Assembly: GCA_039545335.1 (NCBI GenBank)
Contig: BCIN01000005.1
Coordinates: 1,082,641-1,146,640 of the forward strand
Source of the DNA: Kondoa subrosea
Lineage: Eukaryota
Length of the DNA: 64,000 bases
Direction of reading: 5' to 3'
The notes beneath the pieces are model-generated. The model was not told the DNA's origin. It was given only the letters and a program-made list of their open reading frames with translations, and ran no database searches. Numbering within the stretch: the first letter of the stretch is position 1; the number at the start of each line of letters is the position of its first letter. Positions 26,830 through 41,680 of the stretch are shown here, one piece after another. The position numbers and the translations under genes are program-made.

Positions 26830-29800
26830 ATGGACCAGATAGAGATACCTACATTCGATGACGAGCAGCCTGCTCAAGGATACAACTTTGGTGGATTCGG
26901 TGTATCGGATGCAGCAGAATCAGGCGGATTCGGTGCATTTGGCAGTTCGAGCTTTGGCGCGAATGTGTTTGATAACTCTCCCTTTGGTAGCGCTAGTCAT
27001 AGCAGACCAAGAGGGGATAGTATTCCTTCATCTTTCCCAAACATTTCTCCACCCGCTTTGATTGCGAATGCTCGCAAAGGGTCGCATGCGAACATCTCTT
27101 CGCCTTTCCAACATCATGGGAGGAACAAGTCTGGCAATTCAACAGATAGAGGCTATGTCAATGGATCAAACATGTCTTCCCCAGTTCATGGTCGGTCAGC
27201 TCCTTCGCTTTCGCATTCACAATCAAGTAGAAGGGATTCTTTACCGCCTATACCTCATGCAATAGAACCGCCTGCTTCTATGCATGCACCGTTGGAAATG
27301 GCTGCCTATTTGGTGTTGGACTCATTCTTTGAAAAAGCAGAAGAGAAGATGTCAGATGCTTTAAGTAGACCTATTGTTCGTACTGCAACATGTCTCTGCA
27401 ATATCATTGCTGAGGGATGGCGTCGTGCGAACAGGATCACGATATTTACTTACCTACTCTGCTCGGTCAAGGAGTTGATCCAACTTTCGATGACCTGCTT
27501 CTGTCTATCGCTCATATAGGCAAGAAACTACCCAAATTGGTCATTGATATAGTCATGAATTGGAGGAAAGCGCAATCAGAAGGTGTAGATGCATCCATCA
27601 TCTCTCGTTCTCTGTACGTGCAAACGCAATTCGAGTTGCTTTCATTATTCTGAATAACAAGACAGTGCCGGCTCAGCTCACGGTACCTCAAGAACAGTTG
27701 TAGCCGAGACTCTATCTTCTAGAAAAGCTCTAGCATCAATTTATATCCTTTGTCGAGCTTTGTCAGCCGTAGTAGGCTCAGTCAATAGAGAAACTTTAGG
27801 CGACGAATTGTCTTTCAAACTAGAAGATATCATTTTCAATTCGCTCAAGAATGCAGATCCAGCTCAAGTGGTTCGAAGCGCGAATAGGAAAGCTAACATG
27901 GATATGTATGCTAGAATCATGGGCAAGTTTTCAGTCATCAGGTAGGTTCTGCCGTTCATGTATCTTCGTGCAAGATTAATCAGTCGGTGATGCCTACAGC
28001 TTCGTTAGCGTTAGCGATCGGTTCTTGGCGGATTTGGATCAGATTAAGCGAGGACTGCTACCGAAGGAAATCGAGCCTAGATTGGAGTTCTTGATACATG
28101 GAATGCGATTTCTGAAACTACAAGTCAGTGTCTTGGGAGTTGTTGGAGCTCTTATCTGATTTTGATTCGCACAGATCTATCCAATGGAAGCCTTCGAGGA
28201 TGCAGCTGAATTCATGGAATCGCTTGCATCAATCTTCGACGTGTCCAGTGGTGCCAGGATCAAGACTGCTTTAGCTATAACGCTTACGGCGCTTCTGACA
28301 CCGGTGTCGAATGCAACAGCTGAAGTCAATCAACCACTTTGGGCTCAAGCCACTCAAACAATATACACTAAAGCTAGTCAAATGGCTACAAAACCAAGAT
28401 ATATTGCCTACGCTCTTCCTGTCATCTGTGCTTCTGCAGCGTCTTCGCCTGAAGATCAACTCTTGAACAATTTCAATACTTGCGCTGAACTATGCCTGAA
28501 CAGGCTGAAAGATAAAACACTTCGACCTTTAGCGATGCACGGAATACTCCAGCTTATGTTTGCCTATTTGCGAAGATGTCATGAAAGTCATTCTGCCGTT
28601 GCCAAGCGGTTAGATGCCATTGTTCGCTTCATCTTACCTCTGGGGCGCAAACAGCTGAATCCACCTGATCTGCATCTGGACGCACCAGCTGTTCTTCTGC
28701 AATTCATAGCTCATCGACATTTTGAATACGGTTCTGAACTCATCCTTTCTGTTATCAATCCTTCCCCGGCTGTTGGATCCGATCGCTGGCCTATAGAAGC
28801 TCTAGCACCTGAAAGAATGCATGTGGCTATCAAAGCTATTCTACTGACATTGGATTCGCTGGAAAAGAACGATGAACCTGTTCTTCCACCCGCACCAAGA
28901 ATAGAAGACAACGATTACATCGAGCAAGCTGAAGCATTGGAAGAGAAGAAACATAGTCCTTCTGTCGCTCCTCTTCCCGAATCATTGCTCTCCAGGTCGG
29001 GTATGCGAATATTCGTCGGAGGTTGTATTTCAACCATTGCGAAAATAGCAACAGCTTGTGATAGAGCTTCAGATTCGTACAATATTCTAGATGATCGCAA
29101 CATCGTTCCTCGGGGCACTATTCCGCCGCCTTATTCACCTGAAAGGGAAATGATGCATTACAGACGACATGGAGCTTTTCAAGTCTGCTATCCTAGAGAA
29201 CGTCAACCCATCTTTGACCTACTGCGATGTTGCATTGATTCTTGGCCAAGACTTCTTACTCGCGATCCATCTTTACCTGATTTCAAACCGCTCGATATCA
29301 TCCTTCGTGGACTCGTGCATGTAGATATAGATGTATATCAATCTTCTCGGATGGCTCTTATGCGATTAGCTCAACAGCAAGATGGTCATCTGGTTGTTCG
29401 CGCTGTGGGTAGATTTATCGTTAGACCTGAATTGATATTGCGAGAAGTCGGGTCAATGCAAGGAGCGGCTACGGTCAAGCTGGAGTCATTAGTCAAGCTC
29501 TGGATTGAAGTAATCACGGCTTGGCAAACAGCGCTGAAGGAATACTCGACTTTGACCAACTTACCTGTAGCAGGAGTTGGATTGCAGTTCAAGCGACCTG
29601 GCGCATCTTCCAGTGCAGAAAGCGCAGCTGATCATCCTTTCTCTGGTTCTGACCCTCATCAGCTTCTCTCCCTGCTAAATGATATTGAAGCTTCAGCTAT
29701 TGTCATTATCCTATCGCAATCAGCTCTTCTTCGCCGCTGGGGTGTCGAGGCGCTCAAGTTGTCAAAATCATCTCATGCTATCCTCATTACACTGAGCAAC

Positions 29801-32800
29801 AACGTCAGCGGAAGTCCAATCATAGCGGAGAACACCTCTCGTCTGTTTGAAGAGCTTGAAGGCTCGGCACATCTTCTGGACGAGATTGATGAAGATCTGC
29901 TTACGTCTGGCGAGAAATCTGGTCTGGTCAAATGGCGTAAAGCTCCAGCGGACAAAACACTAGCTAAACTCATCGAAAGCGACAATCCTCTCGATCTGGC
30001 TCTTTGGCATCATCTGATTCCAATACTCTTGAATACTTTCGTTCAGCATTCACCTAATCTGATGGCTCATGCTCGAAGTTTCTTGGCGACTCGACTCATC
30101 AAGGTCTATCCCGCAGCTTCTTCAGCAGCCGGATTAGTTCCAAGTAAGGTACCTCAAACGCCTCTTTCTACACGTCCAGGTAACCCTGTGCCGACTTCCT
30201 ATCCAATGGACATCACCTTCTTGGCGGATCATTGGAAAACTCATCTTATGAGTCTTTGTGCTATCACCGGCAATGCCTCTCCGGCCACTCCTGTACCAGG
30301 ATCTAGTGATGCTGAGAAGCTTGGCTCAGGCTCTGAGCTTGTTCGACTTGGTATGCCCTTCCTAGCATCAGACAATCTCGCCTTGCGGGATGCTACTGTT
30401 CAAGGACTAGGCTGTGTTCATCCAGCTCTCTACAAATCACTCTTGGATGGTCTACATTCTATTGTTCGGCATCTTTCGGAAGATCGCAAGAATCGGATAG
30501 ACCAAAGGACAGGCGGTAAACGCAGTGCAAGACATGGCCGACTCTTTATTGCTGTAGCTCTCGTTCAAGAATCTTCCTCTAAACTTCTTCGAACGGACTC
30601 CACTTCAGTCACGGAAACGGAAGTTCACCTAGTGGCGCAGTACATCCAAGAAGCTTTTTGCTTCATACGTGATCCGGAATCATCGGAAGAAGCTAGTTTA
30701 CTGCCTATGCGCAGAGCTTTCTGCATATGCGTGCATAACCTGATCGCATACTGCAGCACAGATGGCAGTCTGGCAAGATGGCTTTCCGCCGACGTACGCC
30801 ATGATATCTTTTCACTCTTCGATAGCTGGTCTTTCCGTCCAATGAGCGTGCAATCTCCTGACATCGGTCGACATACTATGCGCTCATCAGAAAGTCACTC
30901 TAGCCATTCGAGGCACACGAAGGGGCGAGCATCCTCCTCTTCTGGCGCCTCTCAGATGTCAGGCTGCGAAGTGTTTCTACCGGCAGTGAATGCCATGGCA
31001 GCGTTCTGTGTAAGCATCATGTTTTCTATGGTAGCATGTAAATTGACGCGAGATAACAGGAACAAGGCGCAATTAGCATAAAGCGCGACAGTCCAGACCG
31101 TCAAAGTGGTCTTGAGGCGCAAGAAGTCCTGAAATGGGCTCAAGCTCTTCTGGAAGCACCTCAAAGCGCTGGACACACTTCCGCAAGGTATGTTCGATGA
31201 TCGTTACAGATATCTGGTCGCTGAGGCATGTATAGACGTGCGCTGGGAGGTCTTGTTAGCTTCAATCTGGACAATCGAACCTTCCTGGATGCCACAGTCT
31301 TTCAATGTTTTGCCGAGACAGACAATCTACCCCTACCGCAAAGCACCTTTTCCATTCTTAGTGGTGCGCTAATCGCTGAACCGACAATTGCAATCAAATC
31401 ATCGACAGCTGTTTGTTTGGCTCTCTGGAAATTAGCGCATGCCGATCTACCTACGCGACAACGGGCTCTCGACATTCTGACAACCAGATTACCGCCCGAT
31501 CTGCGTAGTGAAATCGCAAGCGTTTGTGAACCTGCCATATACAGCACTTTCGGAGGAGCTCTTCTTCATGCTCGGTCGTATCTTTGCGACAAGCTGGCAA
31601 ATTCTGCTTTGGCAGATGGAAGAGCAGTATTCCTCGAGCTCGCCATCCGAATTTTGCAGGTTGCAGGCAAACAGACTCGCTTGCTACTTCAACTGCTACC
31701 TTCTTGGCTTAGCAACGTCACTCTACCAGTTTCCGTCCCGAAAGCAATCGACACAACTCCAACTCTACCTCAACCACCCATGCCTTCAACAGAAGCCGTT
31801 CTTGCCAATCTTTTCCTTCTCAGTGCCAAATATGCTGACGTCTATCAGCTTGAAGTACGGAGTATGTGGCTAGCACTTGCCGGTCCGTCAGACAGCAACA
31901 ATTTCGCATCGGTGCTGCATTTCCTTGTGCAAGAGACTGCTCGAAGAGGTTCAAAAGAGTTTACCAAACACGCTCAAAGAATCATTGGCTGCTTGAGCGA
32001 TTCAAAGAATGCAGCTGCTGTTCTAACGTATATGGCCTCTCTCGTTCAGCCATCTGAAATACTGGATCTTCCTGATCACAAGGGCAATCAATCCACCAAG
32101 CGTACAAATCTAGATACTCTCTTTCCCATCAGTCCCAGGCGGATGGCGCTCTCTTTGGCACAAGCTGCGTTGCTCATCTGCGGCGATGCCGCAATCACAA
32201 GAATCGATACAGCTGATCCTAATATCGCAAGAATATTGCATATGCTGGTTGTGCATGCCGATCACTCCACAGTTTTCATCAGACAGCAAGTGCGAGATAT
32301 CATAGCGCGATTAGCGACCCTCCTTCATAAAATCGGCAATAACAAAATGCGAAGCTCTTCCAATGGTGTTCTCCTACCTGGTCCGGCTGAAGTTTTATGG
32401 TCCTGGCGATCTTTCTGGGAGCATGAAGATGAAGCTGTCGCTTCCTCGCTGCAGAAAAGTCCGCCAAATATGGATAAGCTGCTGGAAGATCTGCTCGAGT
32501 TACTAAAAGTTCGCATTCCAGATCTCGGCAGAGTCTGGGGAAGTGTTGCGCTAGAATGGGCGACCTCTTGTCCATTGAGACATATGGCCTGTCGTTCCTT
32601 GCAAGTCTTTCGTCTGCTTACGCCAACGATCAACCAGCGAATGCTGGCAGAAATGCTCTCAAGACTGGCCGATAGCGCATCGGATCAGTCGGGAGATAGT
32701 CATGTATTTGCTGAAGAGATTCTTTCGACGCTCTCCACAGTCATTGAAGTGTGTACGGCACCTCTCATGCAGGATGTTCCTCAGCTGTTCTGGGCAAGTT

Positions 32801-34307
32801 TGGCTTGCTTCGAAAGTGGTAACGAGAAAGAAGTTGCCCAAGCATGTTCGGTCGCAAACATCGCAATCAATCGTCTAGATCAGCTATCGCACGATGCTAT
32901 ACAAGCGATAGCCGATATTCAACCGGAGCAATTCGATATTCCCGCGATGTTGCGCCACCTCGCTTGGAGAGCTTTTGCATCTGCAACTACATTGGATCCA
33001 GCGTGGCAATTCTTCTCTTCTTTAGCATCATCACCGACCGCAAACTCTCTCTTCTCCCTTTTCCCTTCTTTACATATTCTCCTACCCATTTCTCTTCTTT
33101 ACGGCCTGCAGGCACTGGAAACGGCCAACACGTCGACTCAGCTTGTACTATTTGCGGAAGCGCTTGCTCAGCTAGCAGCACGGAACGATGAACACAGCGT
33201 CGCTCGAATCATGACATCTCTGGGCAAGAATCGATTCCGCTCAAAAGAAGATCTTGTTCGGCAAAGCATTAGTTGTTTCGCAGAATTCGCCAGTCCTGCT
33301 CAGCGAGTCGATATCTTCATCTTTTTCATTTCAGCTCTCAACAATCCGCTGGAATGGGTTAGGTTGCGAACATTGACGATCCTCAAAGCCTTTGCAAAAC
33401 AAGTCACAATGGACGAGAAGGAGCTCGTAAAGTATGGACCTGACTTGCTCCGACCTCTTGTCCGTCTCCTTCAATCGGACATGGCTCCCATGGTACTGGA
33501 AGTGCTTGACGAGAAGATTCCAGTTCACCATGACACAGCAAGCAAACCCAACGGGCTTACAAATGGAAATGGATCGTCATCTCGACCAGGTACTGGTACT
33601 TCTCGTCGACCTGGCTACCTGCCCGATCTGGATGTTCCGCCTTTGTCAAACGAAAATCTGAATCTTGTTTTCGGCGAACCCACGGAGTCTGGCTGGTGCT
33701 TGCCCAATCCGATGGAAGGTACTGAAGCTGTTCGAAGCAAACTCCGAGCATTGGTGGAAAGCTGTGGTATTCAAGCCAATCCTTCCCTTACGAACTCGCC
33801 CTTTGAATTCGCTAACGAAGATGATCATTTTGCTCACGACACCGATTTCTCTTTCTCTGAGACAAGATCTCAGTCAGATGCGGATGTATCAGGACTGGGA
33901 GAAATGGTTTCCACATTGCATGATTTGAGCAGGTGAGCTTTATCGATCACTCGAGCAACATCAAGCTAATCTTTTACTCAGTTTCTTTGATGAACCGGAA
34001 ACTCAACTTTCTCCTGCCTATCGAATGTCACAAACATATGGAAAGACAAGACGGGTCGCGCAGGTCTGTTGCTTCTACCAAAACAAGCGATACATTTTCT
34101 GATTGAGTTGTTTAGGTCCTGGCTCGCTCATACAAGACTCCTGACACGCCAACTGGCCGGACTCCTTTCCTTGCAGCTTTCACTGAACCTCATTTACCGC
34201 TGGCACGGGAACCTTCGTTCGAGAACGTATTGGAAGAAGAAGATTCAGAAAATGACGCTGACGTCACAAGTGACGGACATGAAGACGATATGGATGCGAC
34301 TTTGTAA
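26830..34307 (+). CDS. TAO3: Cell morphogenesis protein Tao3/Pag1/Mor2 (Furry family, RAM/MOR network scaffold)
   Basis: Very large HEAT-like protein; FVSVSDRFL, IYPMEAFEDAAEFM, TAEVNQPLW, ALEWATSCPLRHMACRSLQVFRLL, PQLFW. Confidence 0.93.
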
Positions 34308-34666
34308 CACTATTTTGGCCCTGTGGATATGTATTGATAGTTGTACACACTTGTAAAAGTAGATTTGGTAATCCATGGAGTTTAGTTATCGCCGCCTATT
34401 TGTTTGTTCAGTGATCACGGCATCCACGACTTCCGTCTTCAATTTCGCTCACTATTACGCTTGTCGCTGATTCACCAAGTCCGTCAAATTCATACACCGA
34501 ACTTTGTGACCTGCCCCTTCGTTTCTCGCTATTCAACATTTTCGCACTCAGCCTCAAATATCAAGTTGCCTTGTTGGCTCTGATTGCCTCGCTAGTCTTA
34601 CCGTATCTCTTGCGTCGCTCTGGTACAACTTCTGAACTTTTCTCTCCTACTCTAAGCTCTTCAAAT

Positions 34667-35973
34667 ATGTCAATCAAGTTTATCCCCCGGCTCAATCAGA
34701 ACAGAGGTCATGCCAATCAGTTCGTTTTAGCGCTTGAGACACCACTTGTACTGACTCTGCGACTCTGCTTGGTCAGCGGGTGGCTTCTGACTTATCACAC
34801 CTTCTCCTTTGCCAACTACTATGATCCAGAAGTAAGCACATACCTGTTTCAGTAGCGTAGTGCTTGAACTCATTGAAGTACAGCATATGGGATTTGGTCC
34901 TCTTAGAGTGATCAACGAAGATAGGTGCGCTGCATTCAGTATCTGATCGAGCTCGATTGACGGCACCTCTACCTACAGAGTTATACCCAGCGAAGGATTT
35001 GGAAGGCATTCGCATCGAGAGGTAGCTTAAATACCTTGCAACGTATGTATAGCGCTAATCCGATCGGTTAATTCAGGCGGAGATCTGGTGAATCTGGACC
35101 TAAATGTAGTCAGGAAGCAAGCTTACTGGATGATTTTTCAGGTCATATGTCATTTCAGGCGAAATCGAGCACAAGGACAGCTTAGTGAGCTATCGATGTC
35201 ACTCAAGCAACACTTCACTCAGTCGGCTCCCAGGGCAATACCGAAATTCTCAAGAGAGGTGAAATTCAAATGACAAGTCGGGCTTTGTCCTCCCCTCTTG
35301 TACACACATTGATCCTAGTTGTCAAAAGGTACTGGTACTGGTATCTCTCATGCGGAGTTCAATCGCAATGGTAAATTCAATCTTACCCGTAAAACTAGGA
35401 AGATGTCTGATTTAGATCTGCAGATACCAAGAACCTTCATTTCTGTCAAATATGGGCCAACCCAAACCAAAGAGGTCTCAAACCATCCTACTATACACGT
35501 CATTTCACCGACGAACAGAAGATGGACAAATTAGTCAAAGTCGTCGCACCTGTTGGATCAGCAGACGTCAAGGATGAAAGAGAAGCACAAGGACCTGCAC
35601 CTGTTCATTCAGATGTCACGATGTATGCGTCAATCTTGACAAAGGATCAGAAAATCTCGCATACCATATCAACGGGAATTAGTAAAATATACTTGCATTT
35701 GATCATGACAAGTGGATACAGAGTAAGTCGTCATATGTCATACTTGTGTTCGAGATCGCATTGCTTATTGCACACGCGCAATAGTCGCCGAGGGAATCAG
35801 CTGTAGCTAAAGCTGCTAAACTCACTGTCACTTCTGGTGAAGGCATGGATGCGCAAACAGCTGATTTGGTAGAAGGTGATGGTCTTTATATGCATGTAAA
35901 GGGAGATGGAGCCAAGCTAGAAGTTACTTCAAACGGAGAATCTGCAGCGGAATTCTTGCTCTTTGAAATGTAA
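34667..35973 (+). CDS. Pirin family bicupin (YhhW/quercetinase-like)
   Basis: [65 protein letters not shown]; metal ligands intact. Confidence 0.93.
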
Positions 35974-36084
35974 ACATTTTTTGTAATACACTACTGCTTA
36001 TCATGTGGTATTATATGCATTACATAAGTTATATATAAATGACGCTATTTTACAACTCGTTCAATGTCCGTTGATAAGATTCGA

Positions 36085-36596
36085 TTATGCGATGATGCAG
36101 CAAGAGGAAGATTTCTTCATGGCTTTCTTGTCCAGATCTATCGAACTGTCAGCGCTGACCCGACCAGGAGCTGTGCCGGAACACATACCCCGTTCAGCAT
36201 TCAATTCCGTCATACTTGGTTTAATCGCCAAATGTATCAGCACGCGTTCTCCTCTGTTCGGTAGAGCTGTAGATATCGATACTCCATTAGCCATACATCT
36301 GGCCCAGTGAATCGGACACCTACAGCCTAAAGTCTGACCATCTTCCAGCACTCGACCCAAGTACAGGAATCTCAATCTACTAGCATCATCCACCGGTGCT
36401 CCAAAGGTCTAGCGCAGAGCAGTGCATCAGACTGGGCACAAGAAGGACAGAAGAAGCAGTATCCCACCTGAGGCCAAGAAGAGACAAGACTTTGTTTCAA
36501 TGACCCAATTGTCGTTTCCGAGGAATGCGAGCAAGTATATTTAATGCCGCTCGCTAAGAGGATCTCAACATGTATTTCCGTCTCGTTGAGATCCAT
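36085..36596 (-). CDS. Membrane-anchored ubiquitin-fold protein (MUB/UBL3-like)
   Basis: LLASG..TIGSLKQSLVSSWP..LRFLYLGRVLEDGQTL..IHL ubiquitin fold; C-terminal CCIIA (CAAX plus adjacent Cys). Confidence 0.88.
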
Positions 36597-36772
36597 TTGT
36601 TGGAGTGTATGATAGATTGGTACAAGCAGAACAAGAAACAAGAGACCCGCTGATCAAATCATTTCAAACCAAGTTCGAGGCTCTTGGCATTATTTATAGC
36701 GGGACATAGACATAATATGCAGTGTGATCAGGTAGACACAAAAGGAAACCAGCCCTGTGAGTGTGTATGTGC

Positions 36773-38050
36773 CTAAGCTGCTCTCCAACCTAAACTTGAT
36801 CCTCGCTTATGTAAATCAGGTCGAGTACAATCCATGCCCTGAGTCAACGGAATCAGTTTTTACTCTCGAATTAGGCAGAAAGAAGAAGAAAAAGGAGAAG
36901 AAGGTTACTAACTCGTCGACCTTCGTCCTCTGAGATGATTTCAATTTGGAAAAGATCCTCTTGCTTTTCTTCTTGGAAACCAAATTCTACTTCTGCTTTC
37001 CTTTCCACTTCCAACCTCAAAGCTCTTCTAGAATTCAAAGATCGAAGCATAGCTAGAGTATAAAGTTGAGGCATAACAGCCAGGAAAGCCACTATATTCA
37101 CAAGAGTCAGCTAGTCGTACGCTGAAGGGAAAGGGTGAGAATACTTACTGTACACTCTGGTAGCTTGAAAGGCGGTAACTAGTAATTGTCCAATACTGAG
37201 TGCCAGAATAAAGATGTTCATCCCATAAAAATTGCCCAGCAATCTTTCCATCCTGTTTCCATCTCCAATCAGTCCAACTTCCAACAAATGAACAGAGAGA
37301 ACTACTAACGTTCGGCTTTCCTTGATTTTCTTGTTCTGAAGCGCGATAGTAGCGCAGACAGTGATAGTCAAAGCAGTAAAACAGATACCCTGTACGTTGC
37401 TTCCACCCTCAGCATGAAATGATATAAAAGCCAGGTGGATTAACGTACGCCAGAGAGTGTGTACAAGAACGCCTGCGCTTGTTCTGGTCTGACAGTTGAT
37501 CGATTAGCACAATAAAGCAATCCAATCATTCCTGCTAAAGAAGCGAATGTGCCAATAGATAAGACTACTCCAGCCCAAAGAGGTTTATTGAGTAACTATT
37601 GTGCAAACATCGTATGATCAGCGAATACATTGCATAAATACTGAAAGATTTTGCTTACCTGATAAGTCTGAGTCGCAAAGAACCACTGCGAAATGAAGAC
37701 GGTCGCTGCTGAAACGCCAAAGAAAGCGATCTCCACAGGTAAGTAAGTTGGTACTTGAACAGTAGCGGTATCGAAAGTGACTGATCGTTGCCAAAGACAC
37801 TAAGTCCTCGAGTGAGCAGCTATGTCGTTAGAGTAGAAGTAAGACTTACGAGTAATACTAGTGCGCAGACGGCGATACAGAGTAACACGCTTAATCCAGC
37901 AAACATGCGAACAATAGCTGGATCTCGTAAAATGCTTCGCTTGTATGTAGTGTATTGTGTTATGACGAAGCCCAAACAGAGAGCAGACAAGGTGCTGCCT
38001 AGGATAGTGGAGGAGATTACATATTGAGGATCGTAGATTGCTGAACTCAT
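36773..38050 (-). CDS. DUF6534-like basidiomycete multi-pass membrane protein
   Basis: ILGSTLSALCLGFVITQYTTY..DP, SQWFFA, PQLYTLAMLRSLNSR motifs; six or more TM segments. Confidence 0.75.
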
Positions 38051-38397
38051 GCTTTGATAAATGCGAAGTTCGAAAAAAAAAGAGTGACAAGGTGAGAATA
38101 GAGGCAAATAATAGACTGATGGCAAAGAAGAAACAGACAGAGAACGATATGCAAAGGACAAATTAAAGCACGAAAGCCATTTCTCGAACCTTTCTAACAC
38201 AAATCCGGATATGGCAGTAACGCGTCTCCCTTGTTGTTTTCGTCGCGCTGACCATAGCATGGAGTGCAGCGCAGCCTGTGCATTCATCGCTGTACGGGCC
38301 GATCCGAAGTGACCAACACCTCCCTTCGAGGTCAAGAAGGTTGTTTCTTTCACAAACGATATCAAGACTCTGCCCAAATACCCCTTATGTGCTGGCA

Positions 38398-39784
38398 ATG
38401 GAGAGAGACTCACCGAATTCGAAGCAGCTGGACCCTCTGATGGATTATGAGGATTTACCAAGGCCAAGTCAGGATGGAAGAGTTTATGTTCGTTTCATGC
38501 AATAATTGCTCGCGCGCGCCATGGGATGGCTCACACAGATCTCGATAGTGGAACCCTCAAGCTGATTTGCTGAAGCAATTGGCCAAGACCTCGCTCAAAA
38601 CAGCGTCAGCCAGAGCTGCAACCACAGCAAAGAACAAACGATCTAGCAATGCTGCTGGCTTGCCTTCACCTTCAAGACCTGTTCGAGATGTGTTCGAATC
38701 TTCCATCTTTGCCAGCGACTCCTCTGCATCAACATCAAACGCGAGCATAGATACCTCGACCGATTCGCCCGCTTCTGTAGGATCTATGGCTTCAAGGCAA
38801 TCAAAAAGAAGGCGAAGTGGGAAAACACAAAGTGCAAGCATGCTCATGGATCCAGAAGCTTTGCAGCGATTCAGTGAATTGGCAGCTATGCTCGATCAAA
38901 ACAGATCAAAACCTTCTCCTCTACCTTCAAATGTACCATCTACTTCTTCACCTAAGATCTTTCCCGGCACTAAAGCCAAGACATCACCTTTTTCAAGATC
39001 GGTTTCTGATAGTGCTGCAGTCTTACCTTCCAAACCAGCTGCACCAGTTCTTGACCGGATTCGTCGTTCTTCCACTCTACCTCCTTCTGATCCTCTACAT
39101 ACTCTAGCAATACTACCAGAACCTCAATTGGAACCTATCATTGAACCGAATTCCAGTTCAAGTAAAGCCCAAGAAGAGGAAGAAGTAGTAGTAGAACCGC
39201 TTGAAATCTTACCTAGCTCTCAACCGAAATTGGATGGAGAAGAAGACTGGGATGCAGCAGATAACTCTTTTGATCTAGTGCTCAGTCAAGTTCCTGCAGA
39301 AGAACTAGAAATCATCATGCAACCTCAACAACCTTCTTTCTCTCAATCTACTACCAAGCAACCTATATCTCCTCCTCCTAAACCTCTTTCCCGGCAAGCT
39401 ACACCTGAAATACCAGTAATCATACAACCAAAACAACCACAAACGAAACCGTGTCTACCTAAAATCAATCAAAAGAAACAAATTCCACAACCAAAGAAAC
39501 CTTTTGCTCCTTCTGTAACTACAGATCGGCCTCCTAACAACACCACCACCCTACTACCTTCTTCTCAAGGTTCATTCCAAGTTTCTGCTCGATTGACCCA
39601 AACTTTGAAACAAGGGTTCAAGAAACCTAGTTTTGTTCGACCACCTCCTCCTCTTCCTACAGCAGTGAAAAAGACAACTGAGAAGAAGAAGACGACAGAA
39701 GCGGTAGTTGTAGTAGGGAAGGAAGTGGATGATTTGACTACTGGAATCGATTTCGGTGCAGATGATGGGGATCTATCGTTTTGA
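38398..39784 (+). CDS. Hypothetical Ser/Pro/Lys-rich disordered protein
   Basis: 405-codon ORF plus a short spliced first exon (MERDSPNSK...). No recognisable domain. Confidence 0.6.
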
Positions 39785-40032
39785 GAAGCTTTGTTTTTGA
39801 AAGCGTTGTTGGTGTTTATATCATTTTAGCATCAGGTTTTCTGGGATTTGTATATATGAACTGCTAGAACATCTTGCATTATCACGACTTCATATGAAAA
39901 GTACTATACAAACAAGCTGGCGGTAAAGATCATTAAACCCAAAAACCAATTGATGCGTAAAAACGAGGGTGTGAAGGCCAACTATATACACTCTGGAGCC
40001 AGTACAAACATATCAGAGACCCAGACTTCCTA

Positions 40033-41680
40033 TCAAAGCCGATGTCCAGGCTGTAATCCCAGATTACATCTTAGCATGTATAACAAGCCGAATCAAGGCG
40101 GAACGCACCACTGCCCAGAATAAGACCGTTAAGCCAACTGCGATCGCCTTTGCAAGCATCCCAACCCAAAGCGCTCGACCAAAGAGTAATCGTTGTACAT
40201 ATGGTTCCCTTATACGTAATGTTCGGAAAGGTGTCTGTACGCGTGAACACAGCAAATCAGCCAAAGCTGAAGGTTTCTGTCGTCTCAACGCACCGTTTCT
40301 GATCGCATAAAGAACAGAATCATGATTGGATCCAGATCATAACAATAGCCTAAGACGCCAAGACAGCCAACAAGGAAAGGCACGATAGTCTGTGAGATAC
40401 CACGGCATCGTCACATCAGTACGTGACTGATGGAGCAATACCAAGTGCTCACGATTGCTCTTAATGCTTTAGGCTTTGTATCGGTGAAGATGAGGGCAAA
40501 TCCAATAGAGAAAGCGACCCAAAGAGAAAATAGTCCGACACCTGTGATAAACATCCCCAAAAGGTATCAGTCGAAAGCCGATGACCAGAGGGATATTCTC
40601 ACATAGTCTGATCATTGCACTCAGAGGTGTCAGATTGCCAAATGACTTTGCCCTAAGGAACCGAGGGAAAGTGTCTTGCTCCATTTGTCTGTAAACGTAT
40701 TCCTTCTGCTGATGGAACATATCAGGTACTCTAGCCAATGCCTCTGATTCGACTTCATAATCTGGATTCTGAACATGAGGAAGTTGTTGAGAAGAGATTG
40801 GGAAAGCATCGATTCGTAAAGCAGGAGGCAAAAAGACTTCTTTGTCTGCTCCGTGAAGTAAGTACCGAGCGTAGATGAGCTCAGCGGAAGCGATCAAATC
40901 TGTTCTAGTGATTGCCGTGTCGCGTTTGATGTATGGGGAGACTGGTGTTTTGGGTCGAGATGCGCCTATAGATCTTCTTTTGTCGTTCAGAGTACCATCT
41001 TCTGCTGCTGGTGAGAGTTGATCTCGATCTGAATACATTGCGCGGAGAGTCGGTGAGAGGTTGTTGGAGAAATCAGGTCGATTCATTGCGTTGCTTGTTG
41101 GTGAGGGAGTGCGTTGCATATATCGCGCTTGTTCTGAATCATCCACACCAAGAGAGCTATGAATCTTGTTGCGACCATTGAGTGAATTGAGAGCGTCGTG
41201 GAATTCTTCGTCGCCTGCTGTAGCTTCGAATTCACTTCCTGCATACTTTCCCTTTTCGCCTTCCATGCCAGACAAGCGCTCTTTCTGAATGCCATTGACA
41301 TTGTTGAAGATCTACAATGAGGATGTCAGCTTGACATACTAGAATGCGAACGATAGATAGAACCTACAGAACCGCGCCTTCGAGCCATATCATAGTATTG
41401 AGGCCAGTCCTCCCTCACGCTTTTCCCACTCTTGCGCAAGTCCTTGAAGTAGGCCCTGCAGAGGTTCTCATGTTGCTGCACGTCTAACCAGAAATCCAAA
41501 GTATCCTCTGCCCCTTCGTTTTGTAAATACAAATACTTTGCGCGACACATCTCAGCGCTGCATGGAGACAGAGGGACCAGCTCCACTCACGTAGCAGTAT
41601 AAATCAAGTGGAGCTGCAGTCCTTCGACTCAAGACTTCGCTCAAAGTTGGCAGACGTTCTCTCGTTATTTTGGGCAACAT
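40033..41680 (-). CDS. RAX1: Rax1-like RGS-domain membrane protein (polarity landmark)
   Basis: RLPTLSEVLSRRTAAPLDLYCYYLYLQ..DTLDFWLDVQQH, IYARYLLHGADKEVFLP, MEQDTFPRFL; three C-terminal TMs ending VPGHRL. Confidence 0.9.

Noticed and set aside
36085..36110. CAAX terminus suggesting a mating pheromone precursor
   Set aside because: It ends the ubiquitin-fold MUB protein. No pheromone repeats, STE3 or homeodomain genes were seen.
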